In this document: positions 41,286-51,313 of the stretch, piece by piece
How positions within the stretch are numbered: position 1 is the stretch's first letter
Layout of the letters: each line of letters opens with the position of its first letter
NCBI GenBank assembly: GCA_050633305.1
Contig: JBOEGF010000018.1
Location: 384,001-448,000, forward strand
Direction: 5' to 3'
DNA: 64,000 nucleotides
Origin: Nannocystales bacterium
GTDB lineage: Bacteria; Myxococcota_A; Polyangia; Nannocystales; Nannocystaceae
Made by a program: the position numbers and the translations under genes
The notes under the pieces: generated by a model
What the model was told of the DNA's origin: nothing
The model's database searches: none
What the model saw: only the letters and a program-made list of their open reading frames with translations

Positions 41286-41971
41286 GAGCCGCCGTCGATG
41301 ACCCGGAACGCCGCGCGCCGCTTCTGCACCTGTTCGGTGTCAGCCTCGGGCTCGTCGGATTTTCCGGTGTCTTTGCCAACCGCGGCGGCATCGGCTGCGG
41401 CACCAGAGCCAGCCGCCGCTTCAGCGTCGGCGCTGGCGCCCGCCTTTCCGTCTGTGACGGAGTCGACGTTGCGGCTGTCGCTTGCCTCGGCGGTCGGTGC
41501 CGCGTTGAGTTCCGATCCGCCGCTGGTTGCGGTTTCCCCTTCGGGGGTCTCAGCTTCGGGCTCCGGGTCGGGCTCGGCCGAGACCGGTCGAAGCGCCGGC
41601 TTCGAGGGCTCGGGGCTGCTGGCATCTCCGCCCGCGCGACCGTAGCGGGTGCGCTTGACCGAGTCGGGCATGTTTTGGTCGAGCACGATCCCGCGGCCGG
41701 TCGAACGATCGGCCACAACGTAGACCGCCCCGTACGGGAAGGAGCAACGCGTGACGTAGCCGCCGAACGACAAGTCTGCGCCGAGCCCGTCCTCCTCAAA
41801 CGTCAGGTCCAGCGGGTAGCTGGGGTCGAGGTCGATGATGAGGCGCTCGCGCCACTGCTCGCGGATAAAATCCGGGCAGCTGACGTCTTCGAAGAGCGCG
41901 TTGACGTGGAGCCGCGGACACCGACCAGCGGCGTACAGCGACTCGATCACACTTTGGACCGGATGGACCAC
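41282..41971 (-). CDS. SspB-like ClpXP adaptor (stringent starvation protein B-like)
   Basis: 'ADLSFGGYVTRCSFPYGAVYVV', acidic disordered linker, C-terminal 'RRAAFRVIDGG' (ClpX-binding-like); GTG start chosen. Confidence 0.8.
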   Translation of the reverse strand: MVHPVQSVIESLYAAGRCPRLHVNALFEDVSCPDFIREQWRERLIIDLDPSYPLDLTFEEDGLGADLSFGGYVTRCSFPYGAVYVVADRSTGRGIVLDQNMPDSVKRTRYGRAGGDASSPEPSKPALRPVSAEPDPEPEAETPEGETATSGGSELNAAPTAEASDSRNVDSVTDGKAGASADAEAAAGSGAAADAAAVGKDTGKSDEPEADTEQVQKRRAAFRVIDGGS

Positions 41972-42074
41972 GAACTTGCAGAGCTTACTCGATGCGGGCG
42001 CAATCGGACGAGCCCGATGCGGGTTTCCGCGCGCAGATGGACAGCGAAGCTGCGCCGTGCGCGCGAATTCGGGG

Positions 42075-43265
42075 TTAGGCGAAGGCCGCGTGTCCTGTGA
42101 TGGCGCGGCCGATGGCCAGGGTGTGCACCTCATGGGTCCCCTCGTAGGTGAAGACCGTCTCGAGGTTGCAGAGGTGACGCATGATTCCGTACTCGCCCAT
42201 GATTCCGTTCCCCCCGAGCATCGAACGTGCAGTGCGGGCGGCTTCGAGCGCCATACGGGTGTTGTCCCGCTTGAGCATCGACACTTGAACCGGGTTCAGC
42301 TTGCCCTGCTCCTTCAGCCGGCCGAAGTGAAAGGCCATCAGTGAGCCTTTAATGATGTCGTTGTGCAGCTCGGTCAGCTTCTGCTGGGTGAGCTGGAACG
42401 CCGCGAGCGGCTTGTCGAATTGCACGCGGTCCATGGTGTAGCTCCGCGCGCGCTCGTACACGTCCATCGCCGCACCCAGGACACCCCAGCCGATGCCGAA
42501 TCGGGCCTGCGTGAGGCAAGACAGCGGGCCCTTGAGCCCAGAGATCCCCGGGAGCATGTTCTCTTTTGGAACACGAACCGAGTCGAGGACGATCTCCCCG
42601 GTGACCGAGGCGCGCATCGAGAGCTTGCCCTTGGTCTCGGGGGTGCTCAGTCCTTTGCTCCCGCGCTCGACGAGGAAGCCGCGGATGACCGGCGTGTCGC
42701 TGCCGAACTCCAGCGTCTTTGCCCACACCAAGCAGACGTCCGCGAGGGGGCTGTTGGTGATCCAGAACTTCTGGCCGTTGAGGATGTAGTCGCCGCCTTC
42801 GCTCTCTTGCTTGGCGTGTGTCCGCATCGAGCCAGGGTCGCTTCCCGCGTTGGGCTCGGTGAGTCCGAAGCAGCCGATCTTTTCGCCGGTGGCCATTCCC
42901 GGCAGCCACTTCTGCTTCTGCTCTTCGCTGCCGAACGCGTGGATCGGGTACATGACGAGGGCCGACTGAACCGAGCAGAACGAACGGATGCCGCTGTCCT
43001 GACGCTCGAGCTCGACCATCGTGAGCCCATACGCGACGGCGTTCATGCCCGCGCAGCCGTAGCCTTCGAGGGAGCCGCCCAGGAATCCCATCTCTCCGAA
43101 CTCCCGGATTAGATCCTTGGGGAAGGTTCCATTCTCGTAGTGCTCCTCGATCGACGGCGCGATACGGCGCTTGCCGAAGTCCCGAGCCGAGGACCAGACG
43201 ATCCGCTCGTCTTCCGAGAGCAATCCCTCTAGGTCGACCAAGTACGGGGTGGCTTCGCGAGGCAT
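42075..43265 (-). CDS. gcdH: Acyl-CoA dehydrogenase, glutaryl-CoA dehydrogenase-like
   Basis: 'GCFGLTEP.AGSDP', 'LNGQKFWITNSP', 'MLGGNGI..EY...RH..NLETV.TYEGT'. Confidence 0.85.
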   Translation of the reverse strand: MPREATPYLVDLEGLLSEDERIVWSSARDFGKRRIAPSIEEHYENGTFPKDLIREFGEMGFLGGSLEGYGCAGMNAVAYGLTMVELERQDSGIRSFCSVQSALVMYPIHAFGSEEQKQKWLPGMATGEKIGCFGLTEPNAGSDPGSMRTHAKQESEGGDYILNGQKFWITNSPLADVCLVWAKTLEFGSDTPVIRGFLVERGSKGLSTPETKGKLSMRASVTGEIVLDSVRVPKENMLPGISGLKGPLSCLTQARFGIGWGVLGAAMDVYERARSYTMDRVQFDKPLAAFQLTQQKLTELHNDIIKGSLMAFHFGRLKEQGKLNPVQVSMLKRDNTRMALEAARTARSMLGGNGIMGEYGIMRHLCNLETVFTYEGTHEVHTLAIGRAITGHAAFA

Positions 43266-43393
43266 GACGCACGCGTACCACAGCGCCACGAAGGCGAAAC
43301 CAGATCGAACTGCAGCTGGGCTGAGGCCTAGCTCACGTCCCCCGTACGGCTTTTGCGGCGAGCGCGGCTCGCTCTGCTACGCTCGCTTGCGGA

Positions 43394-44131
43394 ATGACGG
43401 TCCTTCGCAGTCTTGCCACCGTTGCGTCGCTTCTGTTCTGTCTGCTTGCGGTGCCGTCGTTGGCGCATGCAGCCCCCGGAGCGAGCGGCTCGATCAGCAC
43501 CAAGAACGGGGCGAAAGGCAGTGGCAAGGGCGGCGACTTCGAATGGCCCGAGCTGGTCTACGGCGGCAACGCGATTTCCGCTCAGCTCCCGCTGCAGTTC
43601 GGCATCCTGGGCTACCTGCCCAAGGCTCGGTTCGCGTTCCAATACGACCGCCAGATCCGGCGGTCGCATTGGGTCCACATCGGTGCCGCGCTCGTGTTCG
43701 ACCGCGCCGACTGGAAGAACTTCCGCATGAACGACTGCGGGCTGTCGCAACAGGGCGCATGCGGCAAGGGTGGCGTCGTCGGCGTCGACATCTACGCGGG
43801 GTACACCCACAAGTTCTTCCTGCAAGACCGTCCCTGGCTCGTTCCGTTCCTGCGGGGGTCCTTGGGTTGGAGCATGTTCGCGCTCCCCAAGGTTCGTGGG
43901 GACGACTCGACCCGCCAGCAGTCGCGGACCCGCTCGTGGACGCTCAATGTGAAGCCCGGCGGCGGCGTCCGGGTGTTCCTCTTCTCCGAGTTCGCGGTGG
44001 GCTCGGACATCAACCTTCCGATCGGTTTCCTCGTGCATCGCGACGTGCCCGAGGGAGGCTCCGAAGACAGCAGTGGTGAGTTCCTGCTCGGCATCGAGGT
44101 CCTTCCGCTCGTCGCCGAGTATCGGTTCTAG
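43394..44131 (+). CDS. Outer-membrane beta-barrel protein
   Basis: Signal peptide ending AHA; amphipathic strands; terminal 'AEYRF' BAM signature. Confidence 0.75.
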   Translation: MTVLRSLATVASLLFCLLAVPSLAHAAPGASGSISTKNGAKGSGKGGDFEWPELVYGGNAISAQLPLQFGILGYLPKARFAFQYDRQIRRSHWVHIGAALVFDRADWKNFRMNDCGLSQQGACGKGGVVGVDIYAGYTHKFFLQDRPWLVPFLRGSLGWSMFALPKVRGDDSTRQQSRTRSWTLNVKPGGGVRVFLFSEFAVGSDINLPIGFLVHRDVPEGGSEDSSGEFLLGIEVLPLVAEYRF

Positions 44132-44141
44132 TCTGTACAGG

Positions 44142-44312
44142 GGCCTTTCGAAAAGGCCCCTCGCTGCGGCAGCCAAGCTGCCTGCGCTTCACCCCAAACG
44201 GGGCGGCGGTTGCCGCCTGCGGTGTCGTCGGCGGAGGCCTTTCGAAAAGGCCCCTCGCTGCGGCAGCCAAGCTGCCTGCGCTTCACCCCTAAACGGGGCG
44301 GCGGTTGCCGCC
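44142..44312. repeat. Tandem pair of 76/77-bp four-hairpin REP-like elements
   Basis: 44142-44217 and 44236-44312 identical except one inserted T; 18-bp spacer; between convergent genes. Confidence 0.95.
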
Positions 44313-44332
44313 GCCTCCCCCCCCAACTCGGG

Positions 44333-44803
44333 CTACTCGACGACGAAGTCGAACCAGGGAGAGCTGGGGAGCGTGCTGACGGATGAGCTGCGGTAGCGGA
44401 TGGCGTACGTGGTCCCTGCGCGGAGGGCATAGCCGTCGAGCAGGTCGACTTCGGCCGTGTGGAACCGACCCGGTTGAACCTCGAAGCAGTCGTCCGGTCC
44501 TGGGGCTTCTCGCTTGACCATCGGACCGCTGTAGGACAGCTCCGATCCATCGGGGGCCCGGACCTCAAAGATGTTGTTCGAGAGTCCTTCGAAGGGGGTG
44601 TGCACTCGGCAGAAAGACACCGGCGTCGTGCCGGGGTTCGACACCTCCATCCGGATCGCGGTCGGGACCTCCTCGGAGTGCGCGAGCTGGACAACGAGCG
44701 TCGCGTTGGGGTCGTAGCTCGGTGCCTGGGATGGACCCGGACGAGAGCAGGCGGCCGCCGCCAGCAGCCCGAGGATGCAAAGGCGCCGCCCGACTCGGAT
44801 CAC
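44333..44803 (-). CDS. Lipoprotein resembling the stand-alone N-terminal (pro) domain of M35 metalloproteases
   Basis: AAAC lipobox; 'HTPFEG..NNIFEV..PDG..L.Y.GPMVKR..P..DD...V.PG'; no HEXXH; GTGA overlap with the upstream gene. Confidence 0.65.
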   Translation of the reverse strand: MIRVGRRLCILGLLAAAACSRPGPSQAPSYDPNATLVVQLAHSEEVPTAIRMEVSNPGTTPVSFCRVHTPFEGLSNNIFEVRAPDGSELSYSGPMVKREAPGPDDCFEVQPGRFHTAEVDLLDGYALRAGTTYAIRYRSSSVSTLPSSPWFDFVVE

Positions 44804-45189
44804 GCCGAGGCCATGGCTTCCGGTTGCGCGAGACGGGAGCGTGCGGTCACTTTGGGACTGCACATCGCCAGCATCTCAGCCAGTTGGTGCGCGACTTCGG
44901 ATGGTGTGTCGAAGCCGGGCTCGACGAGGACCCGGATCGCGCTGCTGGGACGCGTGACGTATACGGCCCGACCGGGTGCGCCCATGACGGTGAAGACCTG
45001 CTCCACTGCGTCGCGAAGCTCCTGCACCGGATCTTCTACGGAAGCGTCGACCCGAAACTCTGCCGAAGATGTGAGCGGGGCCCGATGGTCGAAGGTTTCG
45101 ACACCCGGCGCGTCGCCGACGGAGGCTCCCACGTACGTGGTGCCGTCCCGCCGCCCGCCGTGATTCCGCACGTAGACCAACAGCTCCAT
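44800..45189 (-). CDS. Hypothetical protein
   Basis: MELLVYVRNHGG... globular alpha/beta composition; stop overlaps the next start. Confidence 0.5.
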   Translation of the reverse strand: MELLVYVRNHGGRRDGTTYVGASVGDAPGVETFDHRAPLTSSAEFRVDASVEDPVQELRDAVEQVFTVMGAPGRAVYVTRPSSAIRVLVEPGFDTPSEVAHQLAEMLAMCSPKVTARSRLAQPEAMASA

Positions 45190-45342
45190 GGCCACTCGCC
45201 GTAGCACGCAGATCCGGGGCCACCAAAAAAGCTCGAGCCAATGCTCTCGAGGTTGCGGGGCTCGCGCGGGTGACGATGAAACGTCTGGTCTCTTGGGTTT
45301 TGGTCTGGTTCGGTGCGACCATGTGCGCGGTTCGATTTCGCG

Positions 45343-46473
45343 ATGACCGAGGGCATCAAATCCAAGGCGAAGATGACCGGGCTTCTCGAAGAGGAGCTCG
45401 AAGCGCTGCGACGTCAGCGTGACCAGTACGCCCTCGCGATGGACACCGCGACCGAGCCTAAGGTCGCCATCCGGCTGCAGCGAACACTGGAACGGATCGA
45501 GGACGAGATCGAAGGGGTCGAGGAGACGATCGCCGCGCTCCCCGACCACGGCTCGCAGGACGCGGAGTCCGAGCCCGAAGCGCAAGCCGACCTCGACGTG
45601 CCTCCCGAGCCCGAAGCCGTAGCTGGGCCGGAGGCCGACGTCGACGGCGAGCCCTCTGGGCAAGCCGAGACAGAGTCCGAAAGCGCCGACGCGTCGGCGC
45701 CAGAGCCAGACCCCGCGCCCGAGCCGGCACCTGAGCCGGAAGCGTCCCCCGATCAGGATTGGGACGACGAGCCTTCGACGGCGATCTACGACCCCGACCG
45801 GGTCCGAAATCAGCTGGCTGAACTGGAGGAGATGCGAAAGCGGGAAGCAGAGGAGCAAGCCGAGGTCTCGGCTGCGACCGAGCAAGAGGACGCGCAGACT
45901 TCAGCGCCACAGGCCGAAGGGCCGTTGACGCCCGAGCCAGAGCCCGAGCCCGAGCCCGAGCCCGAGACAGAGCCAGAGCCCGAGCCAGAGCCAGAGCCCG
46001 AGCCAGAGCCCGCCTCCGAGTTGGACGAACCCGAGTCGAGCGGCGAGGGGAATCCGTTGGGTCCGGTTTGGATGGACCCGCTCAACCCACCCGCGGGCAA
46101 CCTCTCCGACGACGAGATCGCTGCAGAGTCCGCACCACAGCCGGTCCCCGAACCGGCGGTGTCCGAACCGGTCGCGCCCGAAGCTGCGTCGCCGGACGTG
46201 CTCGGAGATGATCCGTTCGCTCTGCCCTCCCAGTCCGCGGCCCAGGCGGCGAGCCCGTTTGGAGCGCCCGTGGGGGCAGGCGCAAATCCGTTCGGAGCCG
46301 CACCGAGCGAAGCTCCGTTCGGCGCACCTGCGGGGTCGGACTTTGCAAACCCGGTGTCGGTTCTCGATGACGACGTGGGCGGCGGGGACTGGGGTTTCGG
46401 CGCCAAGGCGGCGCTGTTTCTCGTGGTCGCCGGGTTCGTCGCCGGCGCGTTCTACATCATGTCGATCGGGTAG
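45343..46473 (+). CDS. Hypothetical tail-anchored protein (coiled coil, Pro/Glu-rich linker, C-terminal TM)
   Basis: N-terminal heptads, (EP)n tracts, SPFG/NPFG/APFG repeats, hydrophobic C-terminus. Confidence 0.7.
   Translation: MTEGIKSKAKMTGLLEEELEALRRQRDQYALAMDTATEPKVAIRLQRTLERIEDEIEGVEETIAALPDHGSQDAESEPEAQADLDVPPEPEAVAGPEADVDGEPSGQAETESESADASAPEPDPAPEPAPEPEASPDQDWDDEPSTAIYDPDRVRNQLAELEEMRKREAEEQAEVSAATEQEDAQTSAPQAEGPLTPEPEPEPEPEPETEPEPEPEPEPEPEPASELDEPESSGEGNPLGPVWMDPLNPPAGNLSDDEIAAESAPQPVPEPAVSEPVAPEAASPDVLGDDPFALPSQSAAQAASPFGAPVGAGANPFGAAPSEAPFGAPAGSDFANPVSVLDDDVGGGDWGFGAKAALFLVVAGFVAGAFYIMSIG
45931..46012 (+). repeat. 6-bp tandem repeat encoding (PE)n
   Basis: CCCGAG/CCAGAG repeats inside the CDS. 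Confidence 0.9.
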
Positions 46474-46514
46474 AGCGCACCCCACAGCCGGCGCGTCTTG
46501 GCAGACGAGCGGGC

Positions 46515-47576
46515 CTAAAAACTCTGCAACGCGGTCTCGAGTCGGTCGAGTTCATGTGGCGTGCCGACACTCGCCCGTATGCAGCCCTCGAGCCCGGGGG
46601 TCCGCGAGACGTCCTTGATGAGGATCCCTTGCGCGCGTAGATGAGCGACCAGCGCGGGAGCTTGGCTCGTGGGCGAAAGACGCGCGAGAACCAGGTTCGA
46701 ACTCGAGGGGAAGATGGTCGCGCCGGCAATGGTGGACAGGAGCTGCGACAGCCGAGACCGACAGGTCGCTGAGCGCTCGAGCATCCCGGTGCGTGCTTCG
46801 TCGGCTTGGATGAGGACCTCGGCGATCGCAAGTGACGTCGCCGAGATGTTGTACGGGTGCCGGATCTTGTCCAACTCGGCAGCCAGTGATCCAGAGGCGA
46901 CACAGTAGCCGAGCCTCAGCGCAGCCCCGCCAACCTTGGAAAGCGTGCTCATGAGCACGACGTTCTCCGGGAGATCGGGACGCCACATCGATGCGCCCGG
47001 AGCATAGTCCGTGTAGGCCTCGTCCACGACAAAGACGGTGTCTTTGAAGTCCTCGAACCACCGCTCGATCACCTCGGCGTCCCACAGGTTTCCCGTCGGG
47101 TTGTTGGGTCGCGCGAGGAAGCACAGCGCGGCCGAGCGCAGGGCCACCCGCATGGCTTCGTCATCCAGCTCGAAGTCCTCGCGGAGCGGAACTTCGGTGA
47201 TCGGCATTCCGACGACCGTTGCGCTGTGTCGGTACATCACGAAGGTCGGGGTCGGAACCACGAGGTGGCCGTTGTCTCCGCTCAGCGCGGTGAGCAGCGT
47301 GGCAATGATCTCGTCGCTGCCGTTTCCGAGCACGATTCGGGCGGGGTCGCAGCCCATGCGCTCGCCCAGCAGGGCGCGGAGGCGTCGTCCCGAGGTGTCG
47401 GGGTAGCGGCCAAGCTCCACCTCGCGCACGGCTCTGGCGACCGCATCGATGACCTCGGATGGCCAAGGTTCTGCGCACTCGTTGGCGTGCATTCGAGCGA
47501 AGCTCGGATCGGCGGGGGGAACGTCGTAGGCGGTCAGCTCGGCGAGCTGGGGTCGTAGGTGGCGGGTCCAGCTCAC
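46515..47576 (-). CDS. hisC: Histidinol-phosphate aminotransferase
   Basis: 'HANE', 'GNGSDE', 'PNNPTG', 'VDEAY', 'STLSK...ALRLGY'; overlaps the hisD stop. Confidence 0.93.
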   Translation of the reverse strand: MSWTRHLRPQLAELTAYDVPPADPSFARMHANECAEPWPSEVIDAVARAVREVELGRYPDTSGRRLRALLGERMGCDPARIVLGNGSDEIIATLLTALSGDNGHLVVPTPTFVMYRHSATVVGMPITEVPLREDFELDDEAMRVALRSAALCFLARPNNPTGNLWDAEVIERWFEDFKDTVFVVDEAYTDYAPGASMWRPDLPENVVLMSTLSKVGGAALRLGYCVASGSLAAELDKIRHPYNISATSLAIAEVLIQADEARTGMLERSATCRSRLSQLLSTIAGATIFPSSSNLVLARLSPTSQAPALVAHLRAQGILIKDVSRTPGLEGCIRASVGTPHELDRLETALQSF

Positions 47577-48898
47577 GCGTCGTTGTCTTTCAGTCGGGAT
47601 TCGACGGCGCGAGCGTGGCCCTCGAGGCCTTCAGCGCGGGCGAGGGCCGTGATGGCCTTTGCCTGAGCTTCGAGTTCGGTGCGGTCGAGCTTCAGCACGC
47701 TGGTGTATTTCATGAAATCCCAGACTCCCAGCGGGGATCCGAAACGTGCTGCGCCGGCAGTTGGCAACACGTGGGAGGGTCCTGCGGTGTAGTCGCCGGC
47801 GGCCTCCGGAGTCCATGCTCCCACGAAGATGGCTCCGGCACGGGTCAGCGCGGGGGCGATGACCTCGGCGCGTTCGATGAGCAGTTCGAGGTGCTCGGGC
47901 GCGTAGTCGTTGGCGGCCTGAATCATGCCCGAGAGGTCGGAGACCACCACCGCCGCCCCGTGTTCGCGCAACGACGTGGTCGCGATCTCTGCGCGGGGCA
48001 AGTCGGCAAGCTGGCGGACGAGCGCCGCGTCGACTGCCTCGGGGAGCGTGGGTGCGTCGGTGACGAGGATGGCGCACGCCTGCGGGTCGTGTTCGGCCTG
48101 GCTGATGAGGTCGGCGGCGATCAGCTCCGGGTCGGCAGAGGCGTCGGCCATGACGAGAATCTCGCTCGGGCCAGCGATGCCGTCGACGTCGCACACCCCA
48201 AACACCTGGCGCTTGGCCGCGGTGACGTAGGCGTTTCCGGGTCCGACGATCTTGTCGACACGAGGGATGGTGTCGGTCCCAAAGGCAGCAGCGGCGATCG
48301 CCTGCGCGCCACCGACCTCGAAGACTCGATCGATTCCGGCGACGCTGGCCGCGTGCAGCACCACGTCGCTGGCGCGTGGGGTGAACAGAAACACCTCTCG
48401 TACCGCTGCGACCTTCGCGGGGATCCCTGCCATCAGCACCGAGGATGGGTAGGCTGCGGTTCCCCCCGGTGCGTAGACGGCGACGCGAGACAACGGTGCG
48501 GCTCGAGAGTGAAGAGACCAGCCTTCCTTCTCTACGCCCGTCGTTGGGAACTTCTGGGTGCGGTGGAACAAGTGCACCCGACGCGCAGCGAGGTCGATCG
48601 CCTCGCGGACATCTTCGGGGACGTTCGCGCTGGCGGACTGCCAACGCTCAGCGCTGACCTCGAGGTCGGGGGCCGTGATCGTCCGTTGCTCGAACCGCTC
48701 CACGCAGTCGAAGATGGCTGCATCGCCGCGGGCGCGGACATCGGCAAGAATCTTGCGCGCGGCATCGTCGGCGGCGCCATCGAGTCCGGCACTGCGGCTG
48801 CACAGCTGTCGCCAGCTCGCGCGGTCCTCGGAGGATGTCGAGCCGGATGGTTCCGGGCGGAGATCGATGCGCGGCAATCCTGCAAACCCGGCTGACAT
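47573..48898 (-). CDS. hisD: Histidinol dehydrogenase
   Basis: 'YAPGG.AAYPSS', 'GGAQAIAA', 'IVGPGNAYV', 'IAGPSE', 'SQAEH', 'APEHL', 'GPSHVLPT'. Confidence 0.97.
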   Translation of the reverse strand: MSAGFAGLPRIDLRPEPSGSTSSEDRASWRQLCSRSAGLDGAADDAARKILADVRARGDAAIFDCVERFEQRTITAPDLEVSAERWQSASANVPEDVREAIDLAARRVHLFHRTQKFPTTGVEKEGWSLHSRAAPLSRVAVYAPGGTAAYPSSVLMAGIPAKVAAVREVFLFTPRASDVVLHAASVAGIDRVFEVGGAQAIAAAAFGTDTIPRVDKIVGPGNAYVTAAKRQVFGVCDVDGIAGPSEILVMADASADPELIAADLISQAEHDPQACAILVTDAPTLPEAVDAALVRQLADLPRAEIATTSLREHGAAVVVSDLSGMIQAANDYAPEHLELLIERAEVIAPALTRAGAIFVGAWTPEAAGDYTAGPSHVLPTAGAARFGSPLGVWDFMKYTSVLKLDRTELEAQAKAITALARAEGLEGHARAVESRLKDNDA

Positions 48899-48969
48899 GG
48901 GGGCGAAGGTACTGCAAGCGGCCTCGGGTTGCTCGCCACGATGGCCCCGAGCGCGGCATACTGGTCCCG

Positions 48970-50034
48970 ATGCGTACCTGCACCGACCTCGTTCGCGCCG
49001 TCGCGGCGTCCGGGATGCTCGTGTGTGTGGCACCCGGCTGCGCTGACGACGGCGGCCAAGAGCCGGAGGCTCCGGCTCCGGCTCCGACGAAGGTCGAGAC
49101 GACAGGGGACGACGAGGATGCTTCATCGGGCTCCTCGGGAGGGGGCGTGTTGGGTGCTGGTCAGGATGTTTGTCTGTCCGCGCCCGTTCTCCCTCCTGGC
49201 GTGTACCTGTCCTCGCTTCAAGGCAAGCGGTCCAGCGGCGGGGGAGCGTGCGGTCAGGGCGGCCCAGATGTGTTCTTTCGGGTGGCGGTGGAGCGCCCGA
49301 GCGATGTGCGTGTGTCGGCGGTGGGGGAGGGCTTCACGCCGAGGGTTGGTGTGTTCGGCAACGAGTGTGCGGTCAGCTTCGAAGATGGTGGCTTGCTGTG
49401 CACGAGCGGGGTGCCAGGGTGGGTTCCCGATGTTCCCGCCGGCGCCGAACTCTACGTTGCGGTGGGTGCCAGCCAAGCCGACGTCGATGCGAGCGCGCAG
49501 GGGACTTTTCAGCTCGAGGTGCAGGCGCGAGACATTCTCTCGGTCGGGGAGGCGTGCAGCGACCCGGCATGGGGCCGGTGTGAAGGCGGCACGACGTGCG
49601 CCGTACCGGGGGAGACCGGGGAGCCAGCGGTGTGTGTCGCGATCCCCGGGGACCGCTGCGGGAATCCTATGCCGGTGGATGTCGACCGCGGCCTCACTGC
49701 ACTCTCGGTAGAATCCGGGGCGCTTCACACCGACGCGCATCGCCACACCTGCGGAGGAGATCGCATCTCCGAGCGGGTCTATCGGTTGGAGCTGCCTGCG
49801 GTGTCCGCGGAGGCCACGCTGCGCGTCGAAGGCCAACGTGTGTCTGTGCTCGCGGCACGCGGCCCAACGTGCCTGACGGAGGAGGAGCGAGCGTGTAGCG
49901 CCGATCCGGAAGGACTGGCTGTGATCGAGCTGCAGGGCCCGTTACCCAGAACCCTCTATCTGTTCGCGGAGCTGCACGAAGACGAGAGTGAGCTATCTCC
50001 CAGCATCGTGCGGGTCGTGCTCGACGACGCTTGA
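48970..50034 (+). CDS. Hypothetical Cys-rich lipoprotein with two related beta domains
   Basis: APGC lipobox; repeated 'CG.GGPDVFFRV' / 'CGG...SERVYRL'. Confidence 0.65.
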   Translation: MRTCTDLVRAVAASGMLVCVAPGCADDGGQEPEAPAPAPTKVETTGDDEDASSGSSGGGVLGAGQDVCLSAPVLPPGVYLSSLQGKRSSGGGACGQGGPDVFFRVAVERPSDVRVSAVGEGFTPRVGVFGNECAVSFEDGGLLCTSGVPGWVPDVPAGAELYVAVGASQADVDASAQGTFQLEVQARDILSVGEACSDPAWGRCEGGTTCAVPGETGEPAVCVAIPGDRCGNPMPVDVDRGLTALSVESGALHTDAHRHTCGGDRISERVYRLELPAVSAEATLRVEGQRVSVLAARGPTCLTEEERACSADPEGLAVIELQGPLPRTLYLFAELHEDESELSPSIVRVVLDDA

Positions 50035-50139
50035 GGAGCGGCCGATAGGGCTGCGGCTCTTGACCTCGCGGTCCGAAGCCCCAAAGACCTCACCAGGGGG
50101 TGTGGCGAGGTTGTGCGATGTGCTCTAAGGTCCCGCACC

Positions 50140-51306
50140 ATGTCCCGCAGCCTGTTTACGAGCGAGTCCGTCACCGAAGGTCACCCCGACAAAGTCTGCG
50201 ACAAGATCAGCGACGCGATCCTCGACGCCCTCATCGCCGACGACCCGACCTGCCGGGTCGCGTGCGAAACCTTGGTGAAGACCGGCTACGTCAACGTCGC
50301 CGGAGAGGTCACGACGAACACCTACGTGGACATTCCGACCGTCGTTCGCAAGACCTTGCGTTCGATCGGCTACACGAGCTCGGACATGGGCTTCGACGCC
50401 GACAGCTGCGGCGTGCTCGTTGCGCTCGAAGCTCAGAGCCCCGACATCGCGCAGGGTGTCGACGGCAAGGGCGTGTACACGGAGGAGCAGGGCGCGGGCG
50501 ACCAGGGCATGATGTTCGGCTACGCCTGCCGCGAGACCCCCGAGCTCATGCCGATGCCCATCGCGCTCGCGCACAAGCTGACCCACCAGCTCGCTGAGGT
50601 GCGGCGCCGCGATGCCGATCGCTCCTTCCTGCGGCCCGACGGCAAGGCCCAAGTCACCGTCGAGTACGACGACGCCGGCAACCCCAAGCGCGTCGACACC
50701 GTCGTTGTGTCCACGCAGCACAGCCCCGACGCCAGCCACGAGCAGATCAAGGAATTCGTCATCGAGTCCGTGATCAAGCCGGTCGTTCCCGCGGAGTTGC
50801 TCGACGGCAAGACCCACTACTTCATCAACCCGACCGGTCGATTCGTCATCGGTGGTCCCATGGGGGACTCCGGCCTCACCGGTCGTAAGATCATCGTCGA
50901 CACCTATGGCGGCATGGGTCGTCACGGTGGCGGGGCTTTCTCCGGGAAGGACCCCTCGAAGGTCGACCGGTCGGCCGCCTACTACGCGCGCTTCATGGCC
51001 AAGCACCTCGTCGCCGCCGGCCTCGCCGACCGTTGCGAAGTCCAGCTCGCGTACGCAATCGGTGTTGCAGAGCCCGTGTCGATTCGTGTCGACAGCTTCG
51101 GGACCGGAAAGCGCCCCGACGGTGACCTTTCCGACATCATCGCCAAGCACTTCGACGCTCGCCCCGCGCGCCTCATCGAAGAGCTGAACCTGCTGCGTCC
51201 GATCTTCAGCCCCACCGCTGCCTACGGCCACTTCGGACGTGATGGCGACGGCTTCACCTGGGAAAAACTGCCCAAGCTCGAAGCCCTCAAAGCCGAGTTG
51301 GGGTGA
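50140..51306 (+). CDS. metK: S-adenosylmethionine synthetase
   Basis: '[13 protein letters not shown]', 'GAGDQG', '[11 protein letters not shown]', 'GGGAFSGKD'. Confidence 0.98.
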   Translation: MSRSLFTSESVTEGHPDKVCDKISDAILDALIADDPTCRVACETLVKTGYVNVAGEVTTNTYVDIPTVVRKTLRSIGYTSSDMGFDADSCGVLVALEAQSPDIAQGVDGKGVYTEEQGAGDQGMMFGYACRETPELMPMPIALAHKLTHQLAEVRRRDADRSFLRPDGKAQVTVEYDDAGNPKRVDTVVVSTQHSPDASHEQIKEFVIESVIKPVVPAELLDGKTHYFINPTGRFVIGGPMGDSGLTGRKIIVDTYGGMGRHGGGAFSGKDPSKVDRSAAYYARFMAKHLVAAGLADRCEVQLAYAIGVAEPVSIRVDSFGTGKRPDGDLSDIIAKHFDARPARLIEELNLLRPIFSPTAAYGHFGRDGDGFTWEKLPKLEALKAELG

Positions 51307-51313
51307 TTCAAGG

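Noticed and set aside
44142..44312. Possible mini CRISPR array
   Set aside because: Repeat of 76 bp with an 18-bp spacer, only two units, and no cas genes in the window
50035..50139. SAM riboswitch upstream of metK
   Set aside because: No SAM-I or SAM-II consensus recognisable by eye; an Rfam scan would be needed to exclude rarer classes
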